From Nemertoderma westbladi (lineage: Eukaryota; Animalia; Xenacoelomorpha), in the NCBI GenBank assembly GCA_032718475.1, contig JAUCBJ010002730.1, positions 1-39,394 of the forward strand: DNA of 39,394 nucleotides, given 5' to 3'. Both the position numbers and the translations under genes were made by a program. How positions within the stretch are numbered: position 1 is the first letter of the stretch; each line of letters opens with the position of its first letter. This document shows, in pieces, positions 22,846 to 36,251 of the stretch. The notes beneath the pieces were generated by a model. That model saw only the letters and a program-made list of their open reading frames with translations, was not told where the DNA came from and did no database searches.

Positions 22846-25800
22846 GATTAGGGTAAAATCAGCAATTTCAACCTGCCTCTTAAAGGATATTAATTATTTT
22901 CTACAGTACTGGCCACCAGAAAAAGCAGATTTCATCCAATGTGATCACATGTGAACACATTTGTTCAAGTCATCTGATTGGCAGGTATGGCGAGTTATCT
23001 TCTAGATCACACAGCAGGAGGCTAACTTGCTGGGACCGACAAAGGCTTTTTGTGCAGTGCGCCTGTATGTCTGATATCAGGTAGATGAGAGAGCCCCCAG
23101 GGCGTAACATTGCGGACATGGGCTGTATTGGTAGAGAGATAACTACATACAAGACCACATGGAGGTTCATGGAGTGTATAGGAGTGTATGGGTATATGGA
23201 TGGAGGAGCCTAGACCATTGAATAATTAATTTAGTGCAGGGAGATGTCGCGCCATTAGTCTGACACCGAGAGGGCACAGAGAAACACCAGAAGATGCCTT
23301 AACATCACTAACTACAGGCCTGCCTACTAGACACTATTAACCGCACACTATAAAGGTAAACAATATCCTTATCGCATTTCCAGCTGCAGTGAGTGACAGT
23401 TAGCGGCAAACTACAGAGAGTTTCCAGATTACTAAGCGTTTCAAAAGTATTCAATTGTATCCTTTGGCGAAAAAATTTTGGTTGTTGCCAATTCAATTAT
23501 GTTCAATTATGTTCAATTGTCCCGTTCAACAACATTACATTACACTGGTACACATTTGATAAAATGTGTTCACAATTGTACAAATCTGCGTTTTCTGGTG
23601 GCCTGTACTGTAGTATAAGATTTAAATAATTAAACGTACAAAATATACAGCTGTAATCCCCATACACCATTCCATTATAGTTTTTAATTAGTTCAAGAGA
23701 TTTGCTTTAAGAAATGTCTCTTCTTTGATTTATTCTTATTGGCGTTTTGGTTAAATTTTCTTAATTATTTATTTAAATTTCTTAAGTACCGATTTTGGGA
23801 TAGAATTGCTCAATTTTAATCTGTATCTAATAACTGAGCCTCGTCCTGCGCGATGGCCCCACAAACGTGTAGTAGCTCTCTTACGGGGAGCAAATTTTAC
23901 TTGTATATGACCCATGGGATCGTAACCACTTTTATAGTGAATAGTGCCAAAAAAATAAATAGTGAGAAATGTACTTTTCTACAATAATTTCAAAATTACA
24001 ATGAAATTGCTTCAAATTTTCAGAGATAAATTAGACGAAAAATTATAATTTTCAATGGAAATTTGAGAAAAAGATTTTCCACCAATTTCATATAAAATTG
24101 TGAAAAAATAGTACAATTTCCACCAATTTCAAAATCACAGTGAAATTATCAATTTTTAGAGTAAATTAGTCAATGTCTTTGATATTGTGGCCCTATGTTG
24201 CTTTGAGGCAACAACAACAACTATAATTATTACCAGCAATTGGAATTATTATCAGAGTTATTTGCACTAGGGTCAGTAAAATGAGAATAATATATTTAAT
24301 TGAATTACAATTAATTAAATTTATTATTACGATTTGACTATACTTTATTTATTTTTCGAAATAATTTAATTTAATATGAATCTAATCGAAATTACAACTC
24401 GAACGAAGTGATTGTATCCTACCAGCGGTTTTCCAAGGGAACAGATAACTCCTTAGAAGTAGTTGGCATTGTTCCATTAGACGGGAGATAAAGTACTGTT
24501 CCAATTAGGCGGATTCGGCGGATGTTGTTTTTTTGGCGTTGTCATGTTGAGCAATAGTAAGCTCACTGTCATTTCTGCGGTGGTGCAGTGAATGGGGGGA
24601 TAGCCATTCCTGATGTTAAAAAATTTGTGGATAAAAAATAACTCGTTCTAGAAAAGTTCGATTTTGCCGAAAAATATGGTTTGACAACTTAAGGGGGGGG
24701 GGGGGGGGGGGGGGGTACACCATTTTGGTCAAAAATATGTGGAATTTTTTTATAATCTATTATAATGTACCATTGAATGGTGTTTAATTTTTAATTATTA
24801 GCTATTTAATAGCTATTTAATAGATTTAATATTAGTTTTCAAGTTATAACAATTTCCAGACAACAGAGAATCAGACAACTTTTCGAAATTATTTGTTAAT
24901 AACATTTAATATTATTTATAACAAACCTAAAAATTTAGCATAAATTTGCAGCGCTACCTAGCGGTGCAGAATTATTTTCACAAAATGACGCCTGATCGTT
25001 ATGTTACCCCATCTTTGATCTATCATATAAAAAAACTTTCATGTGATTAGATTCAAAACTGTAAAATCCTTAGGGTTTTAAGCGCAACCATGTTTTTTTT
25101 GTTGTTAACTAGTATTAATTAATATTAAATAGCGAAAAATGAAAATTTTCTGACCTGTCATGTAGAATAGCATCTTAGGTACCAAACAATTTTGAAACGC
25201 TGAGAGTGATAATTGTTCTAAAGTGGTCGTTGAGAGAAGGGTGAGCGATGGGGATGCAGAGCAGATGAGGGCATGGTAGCGGAGTTGACAACTCTCTTTA
25301 CAGAATCTACAGACGCAGACTGGAGATAGCGGGTGGAACGCCGCACGTTTGGTGCTCATTTTGCGATGGAAACCGTGTGCCGTAGCGCGCGTTACGCGTC
25401 TCGCACATATAATAAGTAATTATTTATTTATTTATAGAAAGAGTTTCACGTCCTGATTTTTATCGGGACATGGAATTGAACTACGACACTATTATATTCC
25501 AGGGCATGGTGGATTTCGTGAGATAATTACAAAATAATTTTTGTTGGTAATCTCCCCTTTTTCGGCTTGTATGGTAATCGATTTGAAACGAACACAATTG
25601 AGACCTGTCACTCAAGTCGGTAGAACATCTTATTTATAATAACTGCACCTGCTTTCATAGAAACCACACCATCATCACCCGGAAACAAACTCTTGAGAAA
25701 CTTATTGAGTCAGAGACAATGCCTTATCGAACCCAATCGCCCAAACCCGCAATAGGCCTAACCAATCCAGAAATCGGTGGTATGAATGAGAATGCCTATC

Positions 25801-26789
25801 ATATGGTTAACTACAGTATTCGACTACCGGAGGCCGCATGCGTTTATAAATGTATTGATACACACTCAGCCAGAAAACATTATAAATCGCCCGCACTCTT
25901 ATATATCAAGATATAGATATATTTTTATTAATTAAGATATTATGTAACACCAACAAAAGTTATGGAAATAAATCAGTATTTAGCAGGTTCTCAATCAAAA
26001 TAACCAATATACTAACTTAATCCAAATGAACAGAGTAATTTAATAACTCCATTTAAGTACAATTTTTGTATACGTTGCTTACGGTTAAGCCGCGAGCAAA
26101 ATAAATAGCAGTGAAATTTATAGAAGTCCATGAGATAGAAAATAACTGCACTGTGTAGGTAAAAGAGCGGAAAATACTGTAAAAGGCTGAAGAAATCATG
26201 TCAAAGATCAGCAAAAAGCAGGTCAGTAAGATATAGTAGGCCTATTATACACAAGGGCAGTTAAATAATTGACAAAATTATTAAAAAAAGATTAACATAT
26301 CAAATAAGAAGTACGGAGAAAACTGGAGTAGATTAGAAAAATTAAAATGAAGCTCATTGATAGTTGTGATCAATACATTTGTCTCAAACAAGTAAACAAA
26401 TTGATGTATAGTATGTACAGTGCAGTAGAGATGTACATTATAATTACAGTATGGTGCACCACACTATGAAATAATTAAAATTTAAATAAAAAGAAATGTG
26501 CACGTTAACTGTGTCGCAACTGTGTCCGTATGGGCACAACACGGTTGGAGAAAGATTGCTGGCAAACCTCAGCCGACTGGGTGGAACGTATAGTTTCTGG
26601 TCATAACCCCGGAGGCCGGGCCGCGGCGCTAACGAGAATAATTTGTCACTTACATGCTCAACAAGACCGTGTCTGATACGATAGACCTTTTTCAGATCGA
26701 ATATGTGTCTGCGTCCGAGTTATCGTTATCGTTCGATATACTGTAAGTTAACAATTGCAGTGTTACAGACACGCGGACACGCGTTTAAA

Positions 26790-26870
26790 TTAACGTTGGA
26801 CACGTTCAATGAGTTTAACATTACCTTTGGTAGACGGTGACCAGGCTGGTGTACAATATTCTAATAAGAG
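26790..26870 (-). mobile_element. CR1-type LINE fragment
   Basis: Peptide LEYCTPAWSPSTKGNVKLIERVQR matches the typical LEYCxxxWSP...ERVQR post-RT motif. Confidence 0.7.
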
Positions 26871-28029
26871 ATGTGTATCTGTTAATAAATAACATAATAT
26901 GCGTATGTGCGTGCATACAGTACGGATAATGCAAATGCATAGATACGGAACGGCGAAAAGTTTTACCCCCATAAATATAATTAGAAGGTCGGTGATGGTT
27001 GATATGTCCACACCCTATATAATACCAAAATTAAATAAAATGTTTTGCTTTATTTCCTTGCTAATTCGATTTTAACATCAATCTTGGAATTCAATAGCAA
27101 CATCTATTGCATATATTTAAGTAAACTGTAGTCATAACAATCATAAGTAAACGGTCAATGGTTCAAGGTTACATTATATAAAAGTTCAGCGACCTTTAGT
27201 AATTAATTGAAGAAATGATAATATTCGTGGGAAAGTTTATAACCCATCCATTGTAATTAATGTAACTTCGTTTCTTTTAGTTCCATTAAAGAATTTATAA
27301 TTACTCTGGTTTTAATTAGAGCCGTTAATTATTAATATTATGCAATAGTACATACAGTTACTAATAAATCTATCTAAGGTACAACAGTTATTGTTTCATC
27401 TATCTAACATTCAGTTAATTAGGCCTCCTTCAGATTGGCAACTCATATTAATTAAAGAATATAATTAATAATCTTATCTTACATAATGATGGCCCACTGA
27501 TTTGATATATTTTAATTATTCCCATATGGATTATATGTAACCCTACTGCCTAAGTTAATTACCGGATTTTAGCATTTTACTATAAATAGTAGAATCTGCA
27601 TTGAATATCTCAAATTCAAAGATCGACTTTATATGTTTTTATTTTTAAATAAAATATTATTTTAACTCCTTCCATAGAAAAGGCGTTAAACAATCCACTA
27701 TACAGTATTGTTCTCAATTGAATTCTTACTAAGTAATTTGTATTATAATATGTAGCCCCCCAAAACATCTGTACGAAATGTGTTGAGGTAAATAACCCAC
27801 ACCATCCCTAGTTTTTATACTACCTAGTTTTTTTGTCAAACTTTTTTTCTAAATGTGAACTGTTGTCATCTAATAAATACAAAAAAGTTATAGAAAATTT
27901 TTTATCTTCTATAACTTTTAGAAGTTATAGAATCATATGCATACCAGAGAGGGCGTTTTAGAACTAATGTTCTAGAACGCCATGGTAACAGCTATTTTTG
28001 TAAATATGTTTAGAGCATTATTTTTTATT

Positions 28030-28400
28030 GTGTGTGTGTGAGGAGTCCAGCAACAAGTTGCTGGAAGTTATATTCCCAGCAACTTTTTTAAAAACCTTTT
28101 TTACATCCAATTTTTATATTAGAGCTAATATTCGATAAATTGAGTGATTTTATATTATATATAAATGACTGGACATGTTAGCTATTTGTTTTGATTTTTA
28201 AATAATTGTTATTTTCTTGAGCAACAAGTTTCTGTGTATGAGGAGGTCCAGCTACAAGTTGCTGAATCAAGTTTCGGAAACAAGTTGCAGAAACAAGTTG
28301 CAGAAACAAGTTGCAGCAACTTGTTTCTGTGTGTGAGGGGGTCCAGCAACAAGTTTCAGAAACAAGGTGCAGAAACAAGTTGCTCCGTGTGAGGGGTGCC
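28030..28400. mobile_element. PIF/Harbinger-like MITE end with 12-bp repeats
   Basis: Tandem gaaacaagttgca-type repeats; the right end reads ggcacccctcacacggagcaac on the minus strand. Related agcaac/gttgct motifs occur at 15045-15155. Confidence 0.45.
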
Positions 28401-29352
28401 ATAGTTTCACTATGATCTAGATTCTTTATTAAAAGTCGCTGCGCACGTTAAATAAAATATCATGAGTATTGTGAAAATAATGTTCTACATTATTTACTAT
28501 GCTATAAATAATTTTTATATATTTTTATTATTAGTTTATGGATATATATAAAAACGTGTTTCTGTTTTTCGCCGCCAAAAATATTATTATTAAAATTATT
28601 AATCCACCAGCGTGTGTGTTTTATTCTGAGATACGTATGAATTTTTGAAATACTTTCTCATCGTAAAAATCATAGCTGTGGTAAAAAAATAGGACAATAA
28701 ATTTAACATTGAAGAAAAATATTACCTAAAATAGTAATAAAGTCTTAGTAAAAGGAGTAAATGTCTTAGACTAGTTAATTCTTAAATTAAAAATTTTTGC
28801 AATGTACAATGGAAACATGAAGTCGCGTTTTTTGAGGCGTTTCATGACATTTTTACGAAGGTTAAAATGAGAATTTTTGGCCACCAACAACATCTCAAAA
28901 ATTTGAGAATAGATTAATTGTGGAATAATGTGCATGAGGTTTTTTACAGTGATTAGTACCTCCCTAACTTTGATAGGAAATAAATTAATTACTGACGTAT
29001 TAAAGCGATTTTTACCTGCATCTCCAAGCGAACATCTGTGACCATACCAGGTGGATCGCCCTTCAAGGGAAGCCAGAGTGTGTAGTGTGAGTCATAATTA
29101 ATGGATGCAATAATTATGGCTCCCGACAATATCACACAGACACACGGCCATAAAACCGTCTGCTGATGGCTCACTGGTCCAACTCACCACATAAATCGGA
29201 TGAATAAAAATTAAAATTAAGAAAATTAGGACTGTGATTGGTGCATTTATTTGGACATTAACACTAAATATGGGACATGTGACAAATTACTGTCGTGTAG
29301 TTTGACCTATGTATGAACTTATTTGCAAAAATATAATCGTATCTCTGGAAGA

Positions 29353-29906
29353 ATGACGATTTGGTTCGTAAATGTATGTGCAGTAGTGATTCTTGCCAGT
29401 TTGGTATGTCAGGGTGTCACTTTCACAGACTTTGAGAAATTGCTTCAATTCAAGAGCGTCGCACCTATTATAGAACCAGGTGACTCCGGTCTAAACAACA
29501 ACTGTCACGCCGATGTTAAGCTAACAATAGCTACTCCTATTGGCGACAGGGTGTTGGAGTTACAACTTCTGCTAAATGTCGATTTACTGAGTAACCTGCA
29601 GAGTATTGTGGTTGACAACGGAAGTCCCTACAATAGTGATGGCAACAACAGCTGTCATTACCATGGTTACATGATCAGAGATCGATCTAAGAAGGTGGCG
29701 GCTAGTATCCATAGCAACGATTTCGTTGACGCGATCATCATTAGCACAGAGGGCACCTACATTCTAGAACACAGTGGAAGACACCATGTGTTTCAAAAGT
29801 TAGATGAGAAATCAAGCGACCAAAGAAACCATACCTGTGGGAATTCACCAGAATTAAACACCTTCCAACAAGCTGAAATATTAAACAACCATAAAGGGAA
29901 TTATAG
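29353..29906 (+). CDS. ADAM/reprolysin (M12B) metalloprotease, coding exon 1 (signal peptide and prodomain)
   Basis: Hydrophobic N-terminus MTIWFVNVCAVVILASLVCQG, prodomain motifs CHYHGY and GTYILE, cysteine switch HTCGN, donor AG|gtaagt, phase 2. Confidence 0.85.
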
Positions 29907-29998
29907 GTAAGTTAATGAAAAAATAAACAAATGAACTAGAAAGGAAGTATAATTTCAAATCAATTAGTGTTATTAATTAATGATTGGTTCCATAAGAG

Positions 29999-30682
29999 AA
30001 GGTTCATTGTTTTATGTATCAACTTTTTCCTCAGACTGCCGAGAGCCGCTCCCTTCCGTGGGACCTACACCGTTAAGGTTAATTGTTTTATGAATCAACT
30101 TTTTCCTCAGACTGCCGAGAGCCGCTCCCTTCCGTGGGACCTACACCGTTAAGGTTAATTGTTTTATGTATCAACTTTTTCCTCAGACTGCCGAGAGCCG
30201 CTCCCTTCCGTGGGACCTACACCGTTAAGGTTAATTGTTTTATGTATCAACTTTTTCCTCAGACTGCCGAGAGCCGCTCCCTTCCGTGGGACCTACACCG
30301 TTAAGGTTAATTGTTTTATGTATCAACTTTTTCCTCAGACTGCCGAGAGCCGCTCCCTTCCGTGGGACCTACACCGTTAAGGTTAATTGTTTTATGTATC
30401 AACTTTTTCCTCAGACTGCCGAGAGCCGCTCCCTTCCGTGGGACCTACACCGTTAAGGTTAATTGTTTTATGTATCAACTTTTTCCTCAGACTGCCGAGA
30501 GCCGCTCCCTTCCGTGGGACCTACACCGTTAAGGTTAATTGTTTTATGTATCAACTTTTTCCTCAGACTGCCGAGAGCCGCTCCCTTCCGTGGGACCTAC
30601 ACCGTTAAGGTTTATTGTTTTATGTATCAACTTTTTCCTCAGACTGCCGAGAGCCGCTCCCTTCCGTGGGACCTACACCGTT
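29999..30682 (+). repeat. Nine 76-bp tandem repeats spanning the intron 1/exon 2 junction
   Basis: 684 bp = 9 x 76, nearly identical; the acceptor AG ends at 30034, 30110 ... 30642. Confidence 0.97.
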
Positions 30683-30810
30683 GAGTTTTATTTCGTGGTT
30701 TCCTTCGACGTTTGGTTTGTTAAATATTCCAGAAACACCCAACAGCTTATTAACGATGTTAAAACCATTGCTAATGTTGTCGATTTCCGCTACAGAAATT
30801 ATAATTTCAG
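30643..30810 (+). CDS. ADAM/reprolysin metalloprotease, coding exon 2
   Basis: tttttcctcag|A; encodes (R)LPRAAPFRGTYTVEFYFVV...IANVVDFRYRNYNF; donor AG|gtggga; phase 2 to 2. Confidence 0.82.
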
Positions 30811-31075
30811 GTGGGATTTTTATATTATGAATTAATAATTTATTAAAGTAAAGAATTTGTACAAATCGACACATTCCGATTTACACATAAAAGCAAAATC
30901 ATAATTGTGAAGACACTCAAATTATCTGAAAAATCGAGTATGGCACTGAGCGATAGACCTGGCGTCTCCCAGTCTGACCTTCAATGTCATTTCGCTGACT
31001 TTTACTTCGCAACACATCAACAACTTAAAGATTAAATAATTCATCCATGCTTAACTAGCTAAATAATTAATTATT

Positions 31076-31312
31076 AATGGGATAACCTTTTAGGCGCGTT
31101 AGGCCCAAGGAATGACTGTGCATCACCATGGGTGACTCTGTTTCTAATGTTGCCTTGGTTACCATATTTATCGACCAATGAAGGATGAAAGCCAGAGTTG
31201 GGCTAGGCTGCAGCTTTTAAAACACTGCGCCCAAACAGTGCTGCCCCCTCTATGGATCGAACCAGGGCCTCCTATTTGAAAGCACAGGAATGTCACCACT
31301 AGACCAAGCTGC
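31076..31312 (-). mobile_element. tRNA-derived SINE (family B), second copy, in ADAM intron 2
   Basis: Reverse complement aligns with 1967-2222 throughout, lacking one internal segment of about 20 bp. Confidence 0.85.
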
Positions 31313-31519
31313 TGCTAATAGTATAGAAATTAATTAATTATGATTTTATATAATTAAATAGTTAACTGTTGGTAATTTATTATTTATTTTACTATAAATA
31401 ATTTTAATAAAATAAAATATGTAAATTACATTAAATATCTAAATGTTCTTCCATTTGTTAATTATAAGGTAAAATCGCTAAGTTTAAAAACATCGACGAC
31501 TATCACTATTTGTTTTCAG

Positions 31520-31683
31520 AATCCGTTTGGTGGGAATAGAGATCTGGACAGTTCGCGACCTAATCCGATTGACGAGGAGTGAGGTGACGACTATTCGAGA
31601 GTTCGGGAAGTGGCGGCGAGATACTCTATCCCTACGAGCCCACACTGACAACGCCCATCTGTGGACACTGAATAAATTCGAAG
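31520..31683 (+). CDS. ADAM/reprolysin metalloprotease, coding exon 3
   Basis: ttttcag|A; encodes RIRLVGIEIWT...FGKWR...DNAHLWT; donor G|gtttag; phase 2 to 1. Confidence 0.87.
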
Positions 31684-32735
31684 GTTTAGAAATATCATTA
31701 TATTATATATATAATTTCATATAACTTGTTTTGGAGCGAGCATTGATATATTGTACAATCTATCTCAGTCAAATATACACAATTTATGTAACCGCAACTA
31801 TATTTTATCCTCCTAAGCAACGACCTTTACAGATGGATAGTTTCAGATGTAAACAACTTTCACAAATTTAGTTGGTGTTGAAACATTAATCATTTATTAA
31901 AAACAATACAGCCTTTCTGCCTTTGCTGCAATATTTTAGTAATCTTTCTTGTAGTTATAGTAGTTATCAATATTAATAGTTAAAGTTAATGATATTAATT
32001 ATAATTAATATTATTGAATAATGATACTGTACTTATTAGTATATTACATTTAAAATATTTATTGTTTGTTTGTTACGCTAAAGGGAAGGCAGGAAGAGGT
32101 ACAGTACCTCTGTACAGTACAGTACTGCTGAATATGGCGAAACACTTTAACATGCCCCATATTGCCCTGATTGCCAGCTGATGCAGCGGCGTTTATACCC
32201 AGACGATGAAGGAAAATGGAAAGGTGGGAATCAATAAACGATGTTGTTACCTTCTAATTGAAGGAAAAGAGCAGGTTACAGCGGCGGAAATTTCTAACCA
32301 AAACAATAAACGACGATGTTGTTGAAAATTTTCACTAATTATTTTCAATAATATAATTATATTATTATTCGTTTTTTCAACTTGAAATAAATATTTTGTA
32401 ATTGATTCCATTGCAATAATCATCATTATTGGGACATAATTAAAATAATATTAAAAAAATATTAAAAATAACGGAAATTACATTTGGATCGGGATTATTC
32501 CAACCCGGACTAATCCGATTGAAACGTTCCGGTCGGAATTGTTCAACTTTTTAACAGTTTATGAGAGTGCATAAAATAATTATTGCAAATGGAAGTGTTT
32601 CTTCAGGTGTCGACTCAATGAAATAAATGCACATTTGATGGTGTCTAAATTTAAATACGTTTAATTTAATTCATTTAACATACCTGTAGTTCAAGTAAGT
32701 AGGCCCTAGTCGTCCATTTTGTTTCCATATTTTAG

Positions 32736-32873
32736 GCGCTACTATTGGTGTAGGCTACATCGGTGGAATGTGTGATTCATCTAATTCCGTCGCAATTACT
32801 GCAAAGCACCACGCCGGCGTAAAACTAATGGAGATCGCAGCCACAGTCACCCACGAACTCGGTCACAATATTG
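32736..32873 (+). CDS. ADAM/reprolysin metalloprotease, coding exon 4 (zinc motif); gene continues further 3'
   Basis: ttttag|GC; encodes GATIGVGYIGGMC...AATVTHELGHNI; donor G|gtaagt. Too short to appear in the ORF track. Confidence 0.9.
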
Positions 32874-33323
32874 GTAAGTGTAGCTCCATCTACCGGTGAC
32901 AAACGTAACTAACATACATTGCGTTCCTTAAGTAGTAGTAAGTTCAGTTATAGAACGCCATATCTACCAACAATATAATGATTTCTCATAGTCAGTCATA
33001 TGTACCTGCATGTTTGATTGGCTAGCCGGCTTTAACTTCTAGAATCTTTAACTTTTGAGATTTTGAGTAAACTTAAATTTATATACTAAGTTTGTGCAAC
33101 TTTATAATATGAGAATGCTAATGTACAGTACAGTGCAGTAATTCATTGCCATATGATTAAATGGGTTGTATTTTGGAAAAAGTTTTATTATCTCCCTATA
33201 ATCTGTTCATGTGGAGTTAGTAATGTGATGGTCGGCTGCCTGGGATGCACTCGTTTTAATAAAATACCCGGAATCAAAATGGCGACTGTAGAAGTGGAAT
33301 TAAATATTTAACCTATTAAACAC

Positions 33324-33451
<128 letters not shown>

Positions 33452-33454
33452 GTG

Positions 33455-33562
33455 AACTGGTTCAAACAGGGGACAATAGCATGAATACACAGCGACAAAC
33501 CGGGGACGATCTACAATCCGGGGACGTCCCCGGAATGAAAAGATATCAAAAATGGAATCTAC
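33455..33562 (+). repeat. Dispersed GGGGAC-rich repeat, copy 1
   Basis: Near-identical to 39176-39283 (gcatgaatacac...caaaccggggacgat...caatccggggacgtccccgg). Confidence 0.85.
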
Positions 33563-34489
33563 GTACTAAAATTAATGGATTCTGAAAATTTCAGATCATT
33601 TCGGCGATGTCCCCTGTTCCACCCAAACCTGTCAAATACGTGTGTAAATTTGTGTTTGAGTTTTGAAAATTTCACTGACCCCAGTATAATGCGATAGTTT
33701 CAAGTGTCCCCTTTTCCATACAGTTAATATAACATTCCAAACACACGTTGTAGTATGGGTGCTGTTGTTCAATGTGGGGACTGGAATCTACAATGTAATT
33801 AATATGTTGTGATCTAATTTAACATTTTGACCAAACGCAGCAGTATGTGTGGTATGGTTCAAAATGGGGACTAGGAATTCATTGTCACCTAAAAAGTAGA
33901 GATTAATTTTAAGTAAGTAGAATATATATATGTCGAATGTGCCAATTTGGAAATCAAATACTTTAGTAATCGTGTTTTAAAGCAGAATGGCGCCCCTCAC
34001 TGCTATTATTTCATTCATTTCATTTCTATTATCTATTATTTCAACAAACAATAAGAAATCAAATCGAATATATAATTTTATGACAAATTTTCCTGATAAA
34101 CAACTTGATATACATTTGCAATATACAATTGAAAGTGATTCATGAAGGACATCCATTAAGAACGTTACGTTTCCTTTTCTTGCTATAATTTGTATAAGCT
34201 GATTCTGACTCAAATTCAAATTCAGTTACTTGAAAATACATCCATATCATCTTTACCAGAAACATTTCCCGAATCAGTATCAGAATTGCATAGATTGTTT
34301 TTATCTTCTTGAGAATCACCACAGACCATGTCACAGTTACTCAATGCCGGATTGCTGACATGTTGCTCACTGATGCAATCTGCAAGTTCAGCATAGTTGC
34401 TGCACCATGTAAGCTGTATCAAATAAGTCATGCCATGAACGCATGGTTTGCATAACAATAACAGACGCAGTTAACCTTGCCCCCAAACC

Positions 34490-36251
34490 CTATCCTCCTC
34501 CAACGACCCTGCCCCATCCACTCCTTCAACCCCCAACGACCTCGTCCCACCCACTCCTTCAACCTCGGACAACCCTGCCCCAACCACTCCTTCAACATGC
34601 GACAACCCTGCCCCACTCACACCTTTAAACTCAGACGACCCTGCCCCACTCACTACTTAAAACTCCGACAACCCTGCCCCACCCACTCCTTCAACCCCCA
34701 ACGACCTCGTCCCACCCACTCCTTCAACCTCGGACAACCCTGCCCCACCCACTCCTTCAACATCCGACAACCCTGCCCACTCACACCTTTAAACTCAGAC
34801 GACCCTGACCCACTCACTCCTTCAACCTCCGACAACCCTGCCCCACCCACTCCTTTAAACTCCGACAATCCTGCCCCAGCCACTCCTTTAAACTCCAATG
34901 ACCCTGCCCCACCCACTCCTTCAACCTCCGACAACCCTGCCCCACTCACTCCTTTAAACTCCAATGACCCTGCCCCACCCACTCCTTTAAACTCCGACAA
35001 TCCTGCCCCAGCCACTCCTTTAAACTCCAATGACCCTGCCCCACCCACTCCTTCAACCTCCGACAACCCTGCCCCACTCACTCCTTTAAACTCAAATGAC
35101 TCTGCCCCACCCACTCCTTCAACCTCCGACAACCCTGCCCCACTCACTCCTTTAAACTCAGACAACCCTGCCCCACTCACTCCTTTAAACTCAAATGACC
35201 CTACCCCACCCACTCATTCGACCTCCGACAACCCTGCCCCACTCACTCCTTTAAACTCAAATGACCCTGCCCCACCCACTCCTTCAACCTCCGACAACCC
35301 TGCCTCACTCACTCCTTTAAACTCAGACGACCCTGCCCCACTCACTCCTTTAAACTCAAATGACCCTGCCCCACCCACTCCTTCAACCTCCGACAACCCT
35401 GCCTCACTCACTCCTTTAAACTCAAATGACCCTGCCCCACCCACTCCTTCAACCTCCGACAACCCTGCCTCACTCACTCCTTTAAACTCAGACGACCCTG
35501 CCCCACTCACTCCTTTAAACTCAAATGACCCTGCCCCACCCACTCCTTCAACCTCCGACAACCCTGCCTCACTCACTCCTTTAAACTCAGACGACCCTGC
35601 CCCACTCACTCCTTTAAACTCCAATGACCCTGCCCCACCCACTCCTTCAACCTTCAACAACCCTGCGCCACCCACTCCTTCAACCTTCAACGACCCTGCC
35701 CCACCCACTCCATCAACCTTCAACGACCCGGCCTCACCCACTCCTTAAACCTCCGACAACCCTGCCCCACTCACTCCTTTAAACTCCGACAACCCTGCCC
35801 CACTCACTCCTTTAAACTCCGACAACCCTGCCCCACTCACTCCTTTAAACTCCGACAACCCTACCCCACTCACTCCTTTATATTCCAATGACCCTGCCCC
35901 ACCCACTCCTTCAACCTCCAACGATCTCGCCCCACCCACTCCTTCGACCTCCAACGACTCTGCCCCACCCACTCCTTCAACCTCGGACAACCCTGCCTCA
36001 CTCACTCCTTTAAACTCAGACGACCCTGCCCCACTCACTCCTTTAAACTCAAATGACCCTGCCCCACCCACTCCTTCAACCTCCGACAACCCTGCCTCAC
36101 TCACTCCTTTAAACTCAAATGACCCTGCCCCACCCACTCCTTCAACCTCCGACAACCCTGCCTCACTCACTCCTTTAAACTCCGACAACCCTGCCCCACT
36201 CACTCATTTAAATTCCAATGACCCTGCCCCACCCACTCCTTCAACCTCCAA
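34490..36251. repeat. 30-bp C-rich minisatellite, left block
   Basis: Units like aaccctgccccactcactcctttaaactccgac with alternating variants. Confidence 0.95.

Noticed and set aside
24689-24725. Poly-G/C runs (also 12103 and 37413) and TTAA-GG Kolobok-like ends (also 38616)
   Set aside because: No partner TIR was found, and homopolymer lengths are unreliable in assemblies.
29999-30682. CRISPR-like regular array and its series of 73-aa ORFs
   Set aside because: No unique spacers, no cas genes and a eukaryotic context; the ORFs arise from frame rotation in a 76-bp unit.
34477-35748. 423-aa Pro/Thr/Ser mucin-like ORF as an ADAM exon
   Set aside because: The next ADAM exon must supply the third zinc His and the Met-turn. 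This ORF is pure repeat, starts at TTG and changes register internally.
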